A program made the position numbers and the translations under genes. The notes under the pieces are model-generated. The model was not told the DNA's origin, did not search any database, and worked only from the letters and a program-made list of their open reading frames with translations. Shown here one piece after another: positions 50,401 through 60,351 of a DNA stretch of 64,000 nt (its first letter is position 1; each line of letters opens with the position of its first letter). The DNA is from a virus: IMG/VR virus record IMGVR_UViG_3300025141_000031; one strand, written 5' to 3'.

Positions 50401-52197
50401 CTATCCACCGAAGCCTCTATCAAATAATTTATTATACGGTGCTAAATGTGGTTTATTATAATAATCACCTTCACCTATATACTCTTTATACATTGGAGTT
50501 CCCATCCAACCACCACCAGTACTTATTCCTAACTCACCGTTATTATGAAGGCTTACTACAATTCTGGAAATATCGTCGTTTTTCTTTCCAGAAAAGTTTT
50601 TTGTTTTAGGTCCTATATATGTTTTTGCGTCAAAATCAGAATCATCTTTATTAACAAGATCATATACTGTAGCTTTCATTCCTTCTGGAACTTTTATATA
50701 TGATGCATCATTGTTTGGCCACTGTCTTACTTCTGTATATCCAGGAGGAACTATAATAGTTCCTTTTGCAACATATTTTCCTGGTCTTAGCTTGACGTTC
50801 CATCCTTTTCCGTTATGATGTTGTGCAAGTGTTATGATTTGGTCATCATGATCAATTCTATCTTTAAAAGCTTTCATTGTTGATGGATATCCTAATTGTG
50901 AAAGATTATTCCAATCCATAACTGTATAAGAATTATCATGATATCCTGACCAGTTATTACCATCTTCTGTTTCAAGAAATGGTAAATTATGTTTTAATGT
51001 ATAATTTCTGAAACTATCATTACCACATTTCATCATTTCTCCTCTTACAACCATAAAGAAACCAATATGGTCTCCATTAAGATATCCACGTATTAATTTA
51101 CCTTCCCATTCTTTTGTTAATACTTCTGTTCCTGTAGGAGTATATATTTGTGGTTTTAAAGCTGGTTTGTTTGTATCAGATGGGTGATATTCTGTCCATC
51201 TATGTCTGATATCTGGTAAGAATTCAATATCTATCTCCACATTATTTAGATATGCAGGTTGTATAATATCTCCTGGTTCGTATTCTGTACCATTGTATTC
51301 GATCGAGTTTGTATTATAAATAAACCCGTCTTTTTGTTGACTACCCCATTCAATTTCTTCACCCACATCGGAGTTCACTAATGAACTAATTGTTTTAATT
51401 TCGTTAATTTCTGCAGATGGTACAATGTCTACATTATTGTAATTCATATCTCTATCTACCATGAATACTTCAAGATTTCTTCCATCTTTTGTATTTGTTA
51501 ATCCTATTATTGCTTTGTCCTGATTTACTACTGAATGACCACTTGTAGTCATTACTGCATTGTCAGTAATTGTATTGGTTGAAATTCCGTTATAAAATCT
51601 ATATCTTACTCCTTTCCAAACCATCCATATTATTCCACCTACTCCAGATAAATCACCTGCGGCGTTTATTTCTGTTAATAATTTTGGCTCTTCTCCATGC
51701 TCCTCAGAAGCTGTTTTTACTTCTTCTTCGTCAGAATCATCATCTACAGTTTCATTAAGGTCAATTACTTCTATTTGCGGATTAGCTATTACAGGTCCTG
51801 ATGACACTGTTATGTTTGGTGTCGGTAATATTGTATTATGATCGTATCCTTGAAGAAAATGACCAAAATCTACATCGACTGCATCCATAAATGAATCTGT
51901 TTCATATTTAATTGTTTCTAATCGAACTTTTACTGGAAAATTTTCTTTAGGAGTTTCTTCATGATATTCAAGTAGTCCTGTAGGAGTACGTCTTGGGATT
52001 CCTTCTATTAATCTAATATCATCATTTGTTTTTGCAATTGTTCCATCAGGCTTTATTAAATCTCCTTGATTTTGAATTGTAGGAGTTGATTCTATAGATC
52101 GATTTAATCCATTGATTTTTTTATTCAAACGTTTGAATATATGTTCATCGGTTGCAATCCGTACATCAACTGCTGATTTTACAGGTAAATTTGCCAT
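50401..52197 (-). CDS. Virion protein with a C-terminal beta/gamma-crystallin-like domain
   Basis: NNDASYIKVPEGMKATVY...NDDISRIVV. Confidence 0.55.
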   Translation of the reverse strand: MANLPVKSAVDVRIATDEHIFKRLNKKINGLNRSIESTPTIQNQGDLIKPDGTIAKTNDDIRLIEGIPRRTPTGLLEYHEETPKENFPVKVRLETIKYETDSFMDAVDVDFGHFLQGYDHNTILPTPNITVSSGPVIANPQIEVIDLNETVDDDSDEEEVKTASEEHGEEPKLLTEINAAGDLSGVGGIIWMVWKGVRYRFYNGISTNTITDNAVMTTSGHSVVNQDKAIIGLTNTKDGRNLEVFMVDRDMNYNNVDIVPSAEINEIKTISSLVNSDVGEEIEWGSQQKDGFIYNTNSIEYNGTEYEPGDIIQPAYLNNVEIDIEFLPDIRHRWTEYHPSDTNKPALKPQIYTPTGTEVLTKEWEGKLIRGYLNGDHIGFFMVVRGEMMKCGNDSFRNYTLKHNLPFLETEDGNNWSGYHDNSYTVMDWNNLSQLGYPSTMKAFKDRIDHDDQIITLAQHHNGKGWNVKLRPGKYVAKGTIIVPPGYTEVRQWPNNDASYIKVPEGMKATVYDLVNKDDSDFDAKTYIGPKTKNFSGKKNDDISRIVVSLHNNGELGISTGGGWMGTPMYKEYIGEGDYYNKPHLAPYNKLFDRGFGG

Positions 52198-52198
52198 A

Positions 52199-53329
52199 TT
52201 ATCTTACCACTTTAAAGTAATAACCATTATCGAAATATTTTATTTCGCTATCACTATATTTTGATCTAATCTTAAATTTATAATATCGTTCTGGGCTTAA
52301 TGCATTCATCCAGTAATTAAAATAACTTCCATTTGCATCATCACTAATCTTTGTATATACATCATCATAATCTAATAATGTTTCTCCTGTTACTGCATCA
52401 CATACCGCATAAGAACTGGTTTTTGTCAATCTTGAATCTGTAGTATAAAACGATGCAGTTGTATATGTTTTAGTTGGATATTTTGATCTTGCACCCAATC
52501 GAAATTTCACTCTTGAACCTTCTGGATATTTCTCTTCTATATTTTTAAAGTATACAATTGGTCCTCCGTTATTTGTTTGATGTACAATATCTGTTGTACC
52601 GGTTAAGGTATAATCATTCCAAACTACTTCTAATTTAGGAGCATATACTGTATGAGTATCTTTTGAAAAGAATTTTAAATTTAAACTATTACTATCTCCA
52701 ACCTCTGTGGAATACTGTTGTTTTAATATAAATCCGTAATTTGGTATCGTTCCAGCTAACCATTTATTAACTATATCTGTTACATCCATTCTTACATCTG
52801 GTGATTGGTAGTCAAATGATTGTGATGCCTCATACCCAGAACCTGTTATCCATGTTCCTCCTCCTAATGGTTGCTGTACTCCTATTTGTCCTATACTATG
52901 AGCTGATCCAGTATTCCAAGCAGTTTGATCATCATAATTATCACTAAAACGCCATGATGCTCCATTACGCGTTTCTGGAATATCTGCGTAATTCCCAGTT
53001 CCATTACTCCATGATTCAGATACTGGGTATGCATATAATGTATACGTTATTGGTAAATCGGTTGAATAAATATGTTTTAAATTTAAATAAAATTTACGAT
53101 CTGTAGATCCAATATTTCCATTATGAATAGATTGAGATAAATCTGTAAATTGTGTTCCTGCAAAATCTAATAATATACGAGTATTATATGTTCCAACCTG
53201 CCATTGGTCATCTAACTTTGAACCAGATGTAGTTTTTACTAATTCTAATATCTGGTCTATACCTGTATTACGATATTCCTTTCTTTCATATATCGTTGCA
53301 TCTCTTTCTATGTATATTTGATGTTGCAT
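52199..53329 (-). CDS. DNRLRE-like beta-sandwich baseplate protein
   Basis: DATIYE...N.G; RILLDF; W.NG; DVTDIV..W; NYGF.LK; F.S.D....PKL.V.W. Confidence 0.6.
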   Translation of the reverse strand: MQHQIYIERDATIYERKEYRNTGIDQILELVKTTSGSKLDDQWQVGTYNTRILLDFAGTQFTDLSQSIHNGNIGSTDRKFYLNLKHIYSTDLPITYTLYAYPVSESWSNGTGNYADIPETRNGASWRFSDNYDDQTAWNTGSAHSIGQIGVQQPLGGGTWITGSGYEASQSFDYQSPDVRMDVTDIVNKWLAGTIPNYGFILKQQYSTEVGDSNSLNLKFFSKDTHTVYAPKLEVVWNDYTLTGTTDIVHQTNNGGPIVYFKNIEEKYPEGSRVKFRLGARSKYPTKTYTTASFYTTDSRLTKTSSYAVCDAVTGETLLDYDDVYTKISDDANGSYFNYWMNALSPERYYKFKIRSKYSDSEIKYFDNGYYFKVVR

Positions 53330-53340
53330 ATTCTAATCCC

Positions 53341-55221
53341 TTATAATCCTACAACTCGACCTTTAATATCTGAATTAGGATATCTAACTTCAAATATACA
53401 AGGATCTAATGATGGATAAATTATATTATTTAATGTTGCTGCTTTCATATCATAAACGTTTCCAGAATATCCCGAATTTGTATCATAATTATTAATGATG
53501 TCTACGTCTGCTACTGTTTGTACTCCTTCTACATTATCTAAACTACTATATACATCTGAAATTATTATTGGTCCATTAATTTGCATATTATCGATATGTA
53601 GTAATTCCTTTAATCTACTTACACATTTTAAAACTACTTCAGATGCATTATAATTTGGTTTTGGTATTACTTCAAATTCAATTCCAATGTTTATGATAAA
53701 CGCATCTTTAATATTAATTGCATCTGTCATTAATCTAAATTGTCCCAGATATGTTTGTACATTTTGTTTAAGTGCATCATTTAATGGGACTACTTGTTTT
53801 CTAGCATTATATCCCATACAATATATATTCATTGCTAAAGGATTTGGAATTTTAGCTTCAGGATTTGTTGAATCAACTTGTTCATCTTGTATAATATATG
53901 CCTTTGCTATAGACCCAAATTTTGCTGGCATTGTATAACATCTTAGAATATAATCTTCTCTTGTAACTGCTCTATTTTGTGCTGCAAATGTTCCTAACGT
54001 TTTCTGACGGACAACTTCTATTGGTTCAATTGATGCTCCACCTTTCGATGGAAATGGATTATTAATAGCAACAGATGCCTTTGCTTGTTTTAATAATGAT
54101 GCATCTAAATTAACAGTTTGGTTTGCATAACTCACTATTCCAAGTTCGTTTATTGAATTTGCAGGCACATTATCTAATAACCCCTTTCCTCTTGAGTACC
54201 GAACAGTTAAAGTAGTTTGTGATGGTGCTTGTCCATATGTACTTGAATATAAAAAGTTTGCAGGATCTACAGATAAATCAACTTCACGCTTAAATCCTCT
54301 CAATCCTAGGCCTACATTTTCTGGGTTTGGTATTAAATCTCTATCATGTTCTTCTGATATTCCAGCTCCGAATTGTAATTCTAATTTATTATCGGCTCTA
54401 AATCTAGTTATAAATCGTTTAGCCGTTCTTTTTAATTTTAAGATATAAGGTACACTACTATTATAACTCGATAGTTCAGGGTCATTGTATTCTATATTTC
54501 GTACTGAGTCTTGAATTGTATCTTGTGCTAGATATGGTACTTCATACCAGCTATTTCCTGCTTCGTCTACAACATCAATTATTTCTATAATATCTGTATC
54601 TGGTAATACTAGTTTATCGTAAATTTTTGGCTCATTAAATTCGTAATCATGTTGAACTATTTGTCCTGAAACTGCTTGTACTTGTTTTTTAAGTAAATAG
54701 TATGTTGGAGTTCCAGTTGCTTCATCGACTTGATATACAGTTGTTGTCCTTGTATTTATTCCTGAACCTGTATGATTAAAATCTACTGGCATTAATGATC
54801 TAAACTCAATACCTGTAGTTGATTTTGCAACCATTCCTGCTTCTAATGATAATGCATATTTCATATCTGGTTTTGCATTTATTCCTGTACCAATTGCTGG
54901 AACTGTTTGATATACATCTAATTGTACGAGTGATGATATTAAATTTTTAGGTTTATATCCCATGGAGTTTGCAATTGCATTTATATTAGGTCTTTCCTCT
55001 GCATATGCTAATAACGATTCTTTAAGATTACTATCAGTATAATATGATAAAACATCTCCTACGTAAGATGACATTTCCATAAACATCATACCAGGTGAAG
55101 TTTCATTGAAATCGTTATATGTTCCAGGAAAATAATTTTTAGTAAAGTTAATTAGATTTTGCCTAAACTCACCAAAATCCTTACTTAAATATTTTACGTC
55201 CTTTTTTATTATATCTGCCAT
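53341..55221 (-). CDS. Baseplate wedge protein (T4 gp6-like)
   Basis: KDF...R.NL...YNDFNETSPGMMF.E..SYVGDVLSYY.D; LQFG.G; AQNRAVT.EDY. Confidence 0.85.
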   Translation of the reverse strand: MADIIKKDVKYLSKDFGEFRQNLINFTKNYFPGTYNDFNETSPGMMFMEMSSYVGDVLSYYTDSNLKESLLAYAEERPNINAIANSMGYKPKNLISSLVQLDVYQTVPAIGTGINAKPDMKYALSLEAGMVAKSTTGIEFRSLMPVDFNHTGSGINTRTTTVYQVDEATGTPTYYLLKKQVQAVSGQIVQHDYEFNEPKIYDKLVLPDTDIIEIIDVVDEAGNSWYEVPYLAQDTIQDSVRNIEYNDPELSSYNSSVPYILKLKRTAKRFITRFRADNKLELQFGAGISEEHDRDLIPNPENVGLGLRGFKREVDLSVDPANFLYSSTYGQAPSQTTLTVRYSRGKGLLDNVPANSINELGIVSYANQTVNLDASLLKQAKASVAINNPFPSKGGASIEPIEVVRQKTLGTFAAQNRAVTREDYILRCYTMPAKFGSIAKAYIIQDEQVDSTNPEAKIPNPLAMNIYCMGYNARKQVVPLNDALKQNVQTYLGQFRLMTDAINIKDAFIINIGIEFEVIPKPNYNASEVVLKCVSRLKELLHIDNMQINGPIIISDVYSSLDNVEGVQTVADVDIINNYDTNSGYSGNVYDMKAATLNNIIYPSLDPCIFEVRYPNSDIKGRVVGL

Positions 55222-55233
55222 ATTCTAATTCCT

Positions 55234-55818
55234 TTAATATGATGTGGTAGTATTACCATCTGTCATTATTGTTATTATTTGATTAGCTCCTTGATCTGTT
55301 ACTCGAAATGTTAATTTAATAAATAATGTATTTGTTAAATTCTTATTTTCGTCACGATTATCTATATTAATATTTTGTATTTTAATATATGGTAACCAAT
55401 ATTTAATTGCATCTTGTATTTCTCTATTTAAATTTACTATTAACTCTGGTGAATTAGGTTCGAATACTCTATCCTTAATTCGTACTCCAAATGTTGGTTG
55501 TAACATTCTTTCACCAGGATATGTTAATAATAAATTCTTTAAATTAGTTAAAGCTTGTTCTGTAGTAGTATATGATACTGGAAATTTACCTATTTGCCTT
55601 TCTGATTTTTCATTTGACTCTATAGATCCTGAAACTGCTAGATATGTAGCTGAACCTAAATCTGTATCATCCTTTTCTATACTAGAGCCATTAAATGGCA
55701 ACATAACACCTATAGCCGTATCTTCTTCTTGATCTTTCGGAATGTACGGGTATATCGGTCTACCACCACCTTTTGAGTAAGCAGTTTGTCGAGTTTGGTT
55801 ATAAATTAAACTTGGCAT
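55234..55818 (-). CDS. Baseplate wedge / sheath initiator (T4 gp25-like)
   Basis: NLKNLLLTYPGERMLQPTFG....VFE...I..WLPYI. Confidence 0.85.
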   Translation of the reverse strand: MPSLIYNQTRQTAYSKGGGRPIYPYIPKDQEEDTAIGVMLPFNGSSIEKDDTDLGSATYLAVSGSIESNEKSERQIGKFPVSYTTTEQALTNLKNLLLTYPGERMLQPTFGVRIKDRVFEPNSPELIVNLNREIQDAIKYWLPYIKIQNINIDNRDENKNLTNTLFIKLTFRVTDQGANQIITIMTDGNTTTSY

Positions 55819-56291
55819 TATTTAGTTCCCATTTTCCCATTTTTCTTGTCTATAGCTTTTATTAAATGACTATAGTCCTTATTGAGTGCATTTTGAACAG
55901 CTTCTAATTGAGGAGTTGCAGCCTTTACAGCCTCACCATTAATTCCTGTCATTGGTGTATTTGGTGCAACCATTCCAGCTGTCCTTGTAGGACCCATTTG
56001 TGGATAATCTTCCATCATACTAGTTGGTGGTCCATCTATTATTGATGCAAAATCACCACTAATAGCCGTTTCATTTAATAAATCATTTAACATTTCATTC
56101 TTAGCAAATTTCTTTTTCTTCGCATATGGACGATTTGGCATTGGATTTTCTGCAATATCTGAAAGATTTATGCCATGATTAATAACCGTTCTATCCGAAA
56201 TCTTGTTTTCATTTAAAGCTTGTTTTACAGCTTTACCGACTTCTTCTCGTATAACTTTTCGTAATATTTTTACAAAACTCTTTGTATCCAT
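55818..56291 (-). CDS. Hypothetical virion protein (start revised to 56291)
   Basis: SD GGAG 6 nt before the ATG; LRKVIREEV...ALNE propeptide-like start. Confidence 0.6.
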   Translation of the reverse strand: MDTKSFVKILRKVIREEVGKAVKQALNENKISDRTVINHGINLSDIAENPMPNRPYAKKKKFAKNEMLNDLLNETAISGDFASIIDGPPTSMMEDYPQMGPTRTAGMVAPNTPMTGINGEAVKAATPQLEAVQNALNKDYSHLIKAIDKKNGKMGTK

Positions 56292-56347
56292 AGTTTTCTC
56301 CAATTTATTTTAATATAAATATGAAGGTATTAGAATTATGGGAGTTC

Positions 56348-57607
56348 TTATAGGGTATAATTCTGAGGGCTTTTAAATTGAGGAATAGCTGCTTTTACTG
56401 GGTCCAATGATGCTGCATTAACAGCATATCCTGTAGGTCCACCTGCATTTGTATATGTTAGATGTTGTATGGTCCAAATTAAAGATTCACACCATGAACC
56501 TAATTCGTGTCCTAATACCAATGGTTCGGTCGATCCGAGACCTAAATATATATTAGGTGTGTTTACTGTAAAATGGTATCCTGCATCAACACCTACTGCT
56601 TGTAACGATGATAGACCTATATGAGTTCCAGCTGATATTAAAACAGCATCTGATCGTGCATTAAATAATAATCTATCTGATGTTATAACTACTTGTGGTG
56701 CATCATAATCTCCGGAACCTTGGACTGGTCCTATTTCGGGTGGTTTATCTTCTTCAACTTTTGCGGCTGGATCTGCAAAAGATCCTGTTGGTGCATCGCC
56801 TCCATATATTAATGGATCATATCCGGCCGATCCAGTCCCTGCTGCCAAGTTAGTTGCTCCTTGTAATATCCCAAGTGCAAATGGAAATAATGATAATGCA
56901 GCTGCAACCATTGCTGCGAAATTAGTTCCTTCAGTTAGATCTGTTTTTGCATTATCTCCAATTTGCTCGGCTATTTGTTGTTGTCCTTCAATTGCTGCAT
57001 TTCCTTCCTCAGTACCATCATTCCAATTATTAGGACTGTTTACCATAAATATATTTCCTACCATATCAGGTGGAATATTAACTGGTGGATATATTAATGG
57101 ATCTGCTAATATAATATTTGTAAGTGTTGGGTCATTAAAATCTACTGCATTTGCTCCATCTCCCATAGCTATTACACAATTGACATAGTCTCTATCTTTT
57201 GCATCTGTACAACAACCACATAAGTCAATATGTTTTCTGTGATTAAAACCATTTTCTTTAAATGTATCCGTAGCATTTGCAGTCATCATCTCTACAGACT
57301 GTCTTGAACTTGGTCCTATTACTATAATCCAATCATATTGATTAATATCTCCACGAGTAATTGCGTATTTAATTTGATCCATTGCAAAATGCTGGCCGTG
57401 CCATATTTCATCATCTTTATATTGCATGTTTGTAATTGATGGTGGAGGAATTACCCATAATACACCACGTGGCTCTCTGTTAATTTTTGGAAACAGATAA
57501 ACATTTTCCTGATCCCATTCTCCTGCTGGAATTAAAGTTATTGTTTCGTCACGGACATTATTTTCTTCTCTATATCCTGTTCCTGTATCGTATAATCTGT
57601 TTGTCAT
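56348..57607 (-). CDS. Central spike C-terminal module with an extra N-terminal alpha/beta domain
   Basis: QVVITSDRLLFNARSDAVLISA..HIGLSS...NIYLG...EPLVLG beta-helix-like end. Confidence 0.55.
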   Translation of the reverse strand: MTNRLYDTGTGYREENNVRDETITLIPAGEWDQENVYLFPKINREPRGVLWVIPPPSITNMQYKDDEIWHGQHFAMDQIKYAITRGDINQYDWIIVIGPSSRQSVEMMTANATDTFKENGFNHRKHIDLCGCCTDAKDRDYVNCVIAMGDGANAVDFNDPTLTNIILADPLIYPPVNIPPDMVGNIFMVNSPNNWNDGTEEGNAAIEGQQQIAEQIGDNAKTDLTEGTNFAAMVAAALSLFPFALGILQGATNLAAGTGSAGYDPLIYGGDAPTGSFADPAAKVEEDKPPEIGPVQGSGDYDAPQVVITSDRLLFNARSDAVLISAGTHIGLSSLQAVGVDAGYHFTVNTPNIYLGLGSTEPLVLGHELGSWCESLIWTIQHLTYTNAGGPTGYAVNAASLDPVKAAIPQFKSPQNYTL

Positions 57608-57622
57608 TCTGCTGTCTCCATT

Positions 57623-59950
57623 TTAGGATGATTTCCAAGGACCTAATTTTCCTGCTAAATATGCTCTGTCTAATCCATGCCAAGTAGAATGTCCTTGTTT
57701 TATTTTTGAAAATGGTCCTCTTTTAGCATATTTTAAATTATATTCAAAATGCCATTCTTCTGATGAAACGGCTCTTACAAATCCGTATTTGCAAGAATTA
57801 GCTATCAACCATGCATATACGCCAGTTTTAGATGATCTAGATGTAGTTATTCGTTTCCCATTTACTATTTTATGCCTGGTATAACTAAGATCGAGTGCAG
57901 TTCCATTTTGATGTCTACTTTGTCCTGGTATTGCAACCCATGGGTCAAATTTATCAAACCTTGCTGTCCATAATGCATTTGTTCTATCTTTCATATCTAA
58001 TTTCCTCCATGCTTTAGGAATTGCACAATTCTTACGTATAGGTACTTGTCCTCCAGCTATCTTTTTTCCTGTCTCGTGATGGTTGAGTTGCCAAAGACCG
58101 CGATATGCACTATTAATTTTTAAACTAATGTCATCTTTCCTTGCAGCTGCTATTAGTTGTAATGTAGGTCCACAGAGATATTCTCTGACAGCTTGGCCTT
58201 GTATTAATCTAATTCTATCATGACCCATTACTTTCCCATAATTTTTCTGACCCTTTTCAGTTTGAAAATATGGAAATGTACCTGGTATTAATTCTAATTC
58301 TTCAACATTATCTGGTAGTGGGTCTAGTGGTGGAGCTTCTACGATTGGTCCTGAAGGAGAACACTCGTTTGATGGAAATATATTTCCATTGGAATCTGAT
58401 CGCGCACCTACCGGCCCGTCAGGGTTTCCAGCTGGTCCGTCCATTGGATAATTCAATGCATCAAATACTGTACTAGCTAATTGTAACTGTATTTTTTGTC
58501 CTGAACAAACATATATTGAAGCTTTATCTCCATTAATATCTTCTACAATAAAATCATTGTCTGAATTGTTCATTGCTGGTGATTGTCCTGCACGTAATAT
58601 ATTAATTGGTCCACCTGGACCTGCCATTCCTATTTCCCAACTAGGTTGTTTAAGATATTGAGTTTTATCTTTTGGATCTAAAGCTGAACCGAATCTTAAA
58701 CTTTGGCCAAACCTGCCTTGTAGTAGTGTATCACCTTCATATGGTTGTAAATTACATAATTGATCAAACTCAGCAAAGTCTTGGCCTAATGCAAAATTAG
58801 GTGTACCTAATCCTCCTTGTTTTCCAGTAGAATTACCACTTGTATTACTGTTGTTTCCTGTACCATCATTATCTGGTTTATCTCCGTATTCATTGTACTG
58901 TGATGGGTTTTTCTTCCATTTTTCGTATTCTTCTCCAAATCCTAATTCATGAGGTTTTAATGCATATAATCCTCCTCCTGTTTTCATAAAATCTTTATCT
59001 TCTACTTCACCTTCTGTACCCCCTGTATTATAATACTTAGACCAAGAATATTTTCCATCTTTTAAAGCAGTGAGTTCAAGGTATCCTGTATTTGTGTCAT
59101 GATCAAACATCTTATCAGATTCCATAAACTCTCCTGTGAATCCACCTTTTGTCAGTTCCTCCTTTTTTTCATCAATCTTATCTAGAATAGGTTGTATATC
59201 TTCAGATTCATTAATAGCGGTTCTTGCACCTCCTGCTCGTCTTAGAGTTTCTCCTGCATCCATTAGGACATACAGGTCCAGAATTTGTTGTTCTTTTTCC
59301 ATAAACCAGTGTATCCACTGATTTGGTAATACTGATGGATCTTTATCTTTTAAAAATTCTTCAGTTCTAGAAGCATCATTTGGGTCATAGGTTTCAGTTC
59401 CTGTAGTTCCTGGATTACCTGAAGTTGCGTCTCTATATTCCTGGAACATTTGTTTGGTCGTACCATCTGACTTTATTTTATTATTTCCTAAAATGTCGCT
59501 TACATTTTGTCCTGGTGCTGCATTTAAATGAACACTTCCTTGTAATCCTAACGGGTTTAGATAATACCAGCTTAGATCATATGCCATTCCTGTATGTTTT
59601 TCTCCTGTATTGGTATTAGGAGCTGCTGGTCCCATTTCTGGACCCGTTCCTTGGAATACAACTACATGTTCTCCTTGTAATGGAGGTCGACTAAAATTAT
59701 GATCTGCAGGATATGCTACAACAGTTTTTCCTCCACCTCCTGATACAGACGCTTGATTTGCACCAAGCATTATTTCTATTTCACCTCGGTATTGACTTTT
59801 TGCAGCATGTGCTTCACCAGTTGCTTTCGCTTTATCAGTAGGAGGCATGCCAGACTCTTTACGATTTTTTTCTGAACGTGATTTTTGGTTGAATGCGTTA
59901 GCAATACTTATTACTTCACCAAATCCCCATGTAACTCCTTGTGCGCTCAT
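57623..59950 (-). CDS. Central spike N-terminal module (gp5-like) fused to a peptidase M15 (VanY-like) domain
   Basis: RPPLQGEHV, LQPYEGDTLLQGRFGQSLRFGS; SAYR...PGQSRHQNGTALD...EEWHFEY zinc motifs. Confidence 0.75.
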   Translation of the reverse strand: MSAQGVTWGFGEVISIANAFNQKSRSEKNRKESGMPPTDKAKATGEAHAAKSQYRGEIEIMLGANQASVSGGGGKTVVAYPADHNFSRPPLQGEHVVVFQGTGPEMGPAAPNTNTGEKHTGMAYDLSWYYLNPLGLQGSVHLNAAPGQNVSDILGNNKIKSDGTTKQMFQEYRDATSGNPGTTGTETYDPNDASRTEEFLKDKDPSVLPNQWIHWFMEKEQQILDLYVLMDAGETLRRAGGARTAINESEDIQPILDKIDEKKEELTKGGFTGEFMESDKMFDHDTNTGYLELTALKDGKYSWSKYYNTGGTEGEVEDKDFMKTGGGLYALKPHELGFGEEYEKWKKNPSQYNEYGDKPDNDGTGNNSNTSGNSTGKQGGLGTPNFALGQDFAEFDQLCNLQPYEGDTLLQGRFGQSLRFGSALDPKDKTQYLKQPSWEIGMAGPGGPINILRAGQSPAMNNSDNDFIVEDINGDKASIYVCSGQKIQLQLASTVFDALNYPMDGPAGNPDGPVGARSDSNGNIFPSNECSPSGPIVEAPPLDPLPDNVEELELIPGTFPYFQTEKGQKNYGKVMGHDRIRLIQGQAVREYLCGPTLQLIAAARKDDISLKINSAYRGLWQLNHHETGKKIAGGQVPIRKNCAIPKAWRKLDMKDRTNALWTARFDKFDPWVAIPGQSRHQNGTALDLSYTRHKIVNGKRITTSRSSKTGVYAWLIANSCKYGFVRAVSSEEWHFEYNLKYAKRGPFSKIKQGHSTWHGLDRAYLAGKLGPWKSS

Positions 59951-60321
59951 TAATTACCTCCTAATTTAATTTCATCCTGTTCTTTATGGATAGCATCTAA
60001 TTCTTCTTGTGCTGTTTGTAATAATCTGTTTTTCTCTGCTTCTGACATTCCGAAGTCCTCGCCGGTGGAAGTTGCTGAACCTACTAATCGTTGAACCACT
60101 GCTGCTAGTTTAACTAAATGTTCATCATTTTTAACTGATACATCTAGGTATTCTTTTATTAATGGAACAATAACGGTTGCATCACCGAGATTTTTTATTA
60201 ACGGCTGTAATTCTTGAATTAATGTATTTATTTGTCTATCTTTCTTTTTAGAATTATGATAGATATCTTTCATTAAATCAGAAAATGTAGTCCCTTTGAA
60301 TAATTCAAATTCTTCATGCAT
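59950..60321 (-). CDS. Helical hypothetical protein
   Basis: Late motif and SD; P.IKEYLDV.VKNDEHLVKLA. Confidence 0.65.
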   Translation of the reverse strand: MHEEFELFKGTTFSDLMKDIYHNSKKKDRQINTLIQELQPLIKNLGDATVIVPLIKEYLDVSVKNDEHLVKLAAVVQRLVGSATSTGEDFGMSEAEKNRLLQTAQEELDAIHKEQDEIKLGGN

Positions 60322-60351
60322 AATTTATCCCTTTAAAATAAATATGTACAA

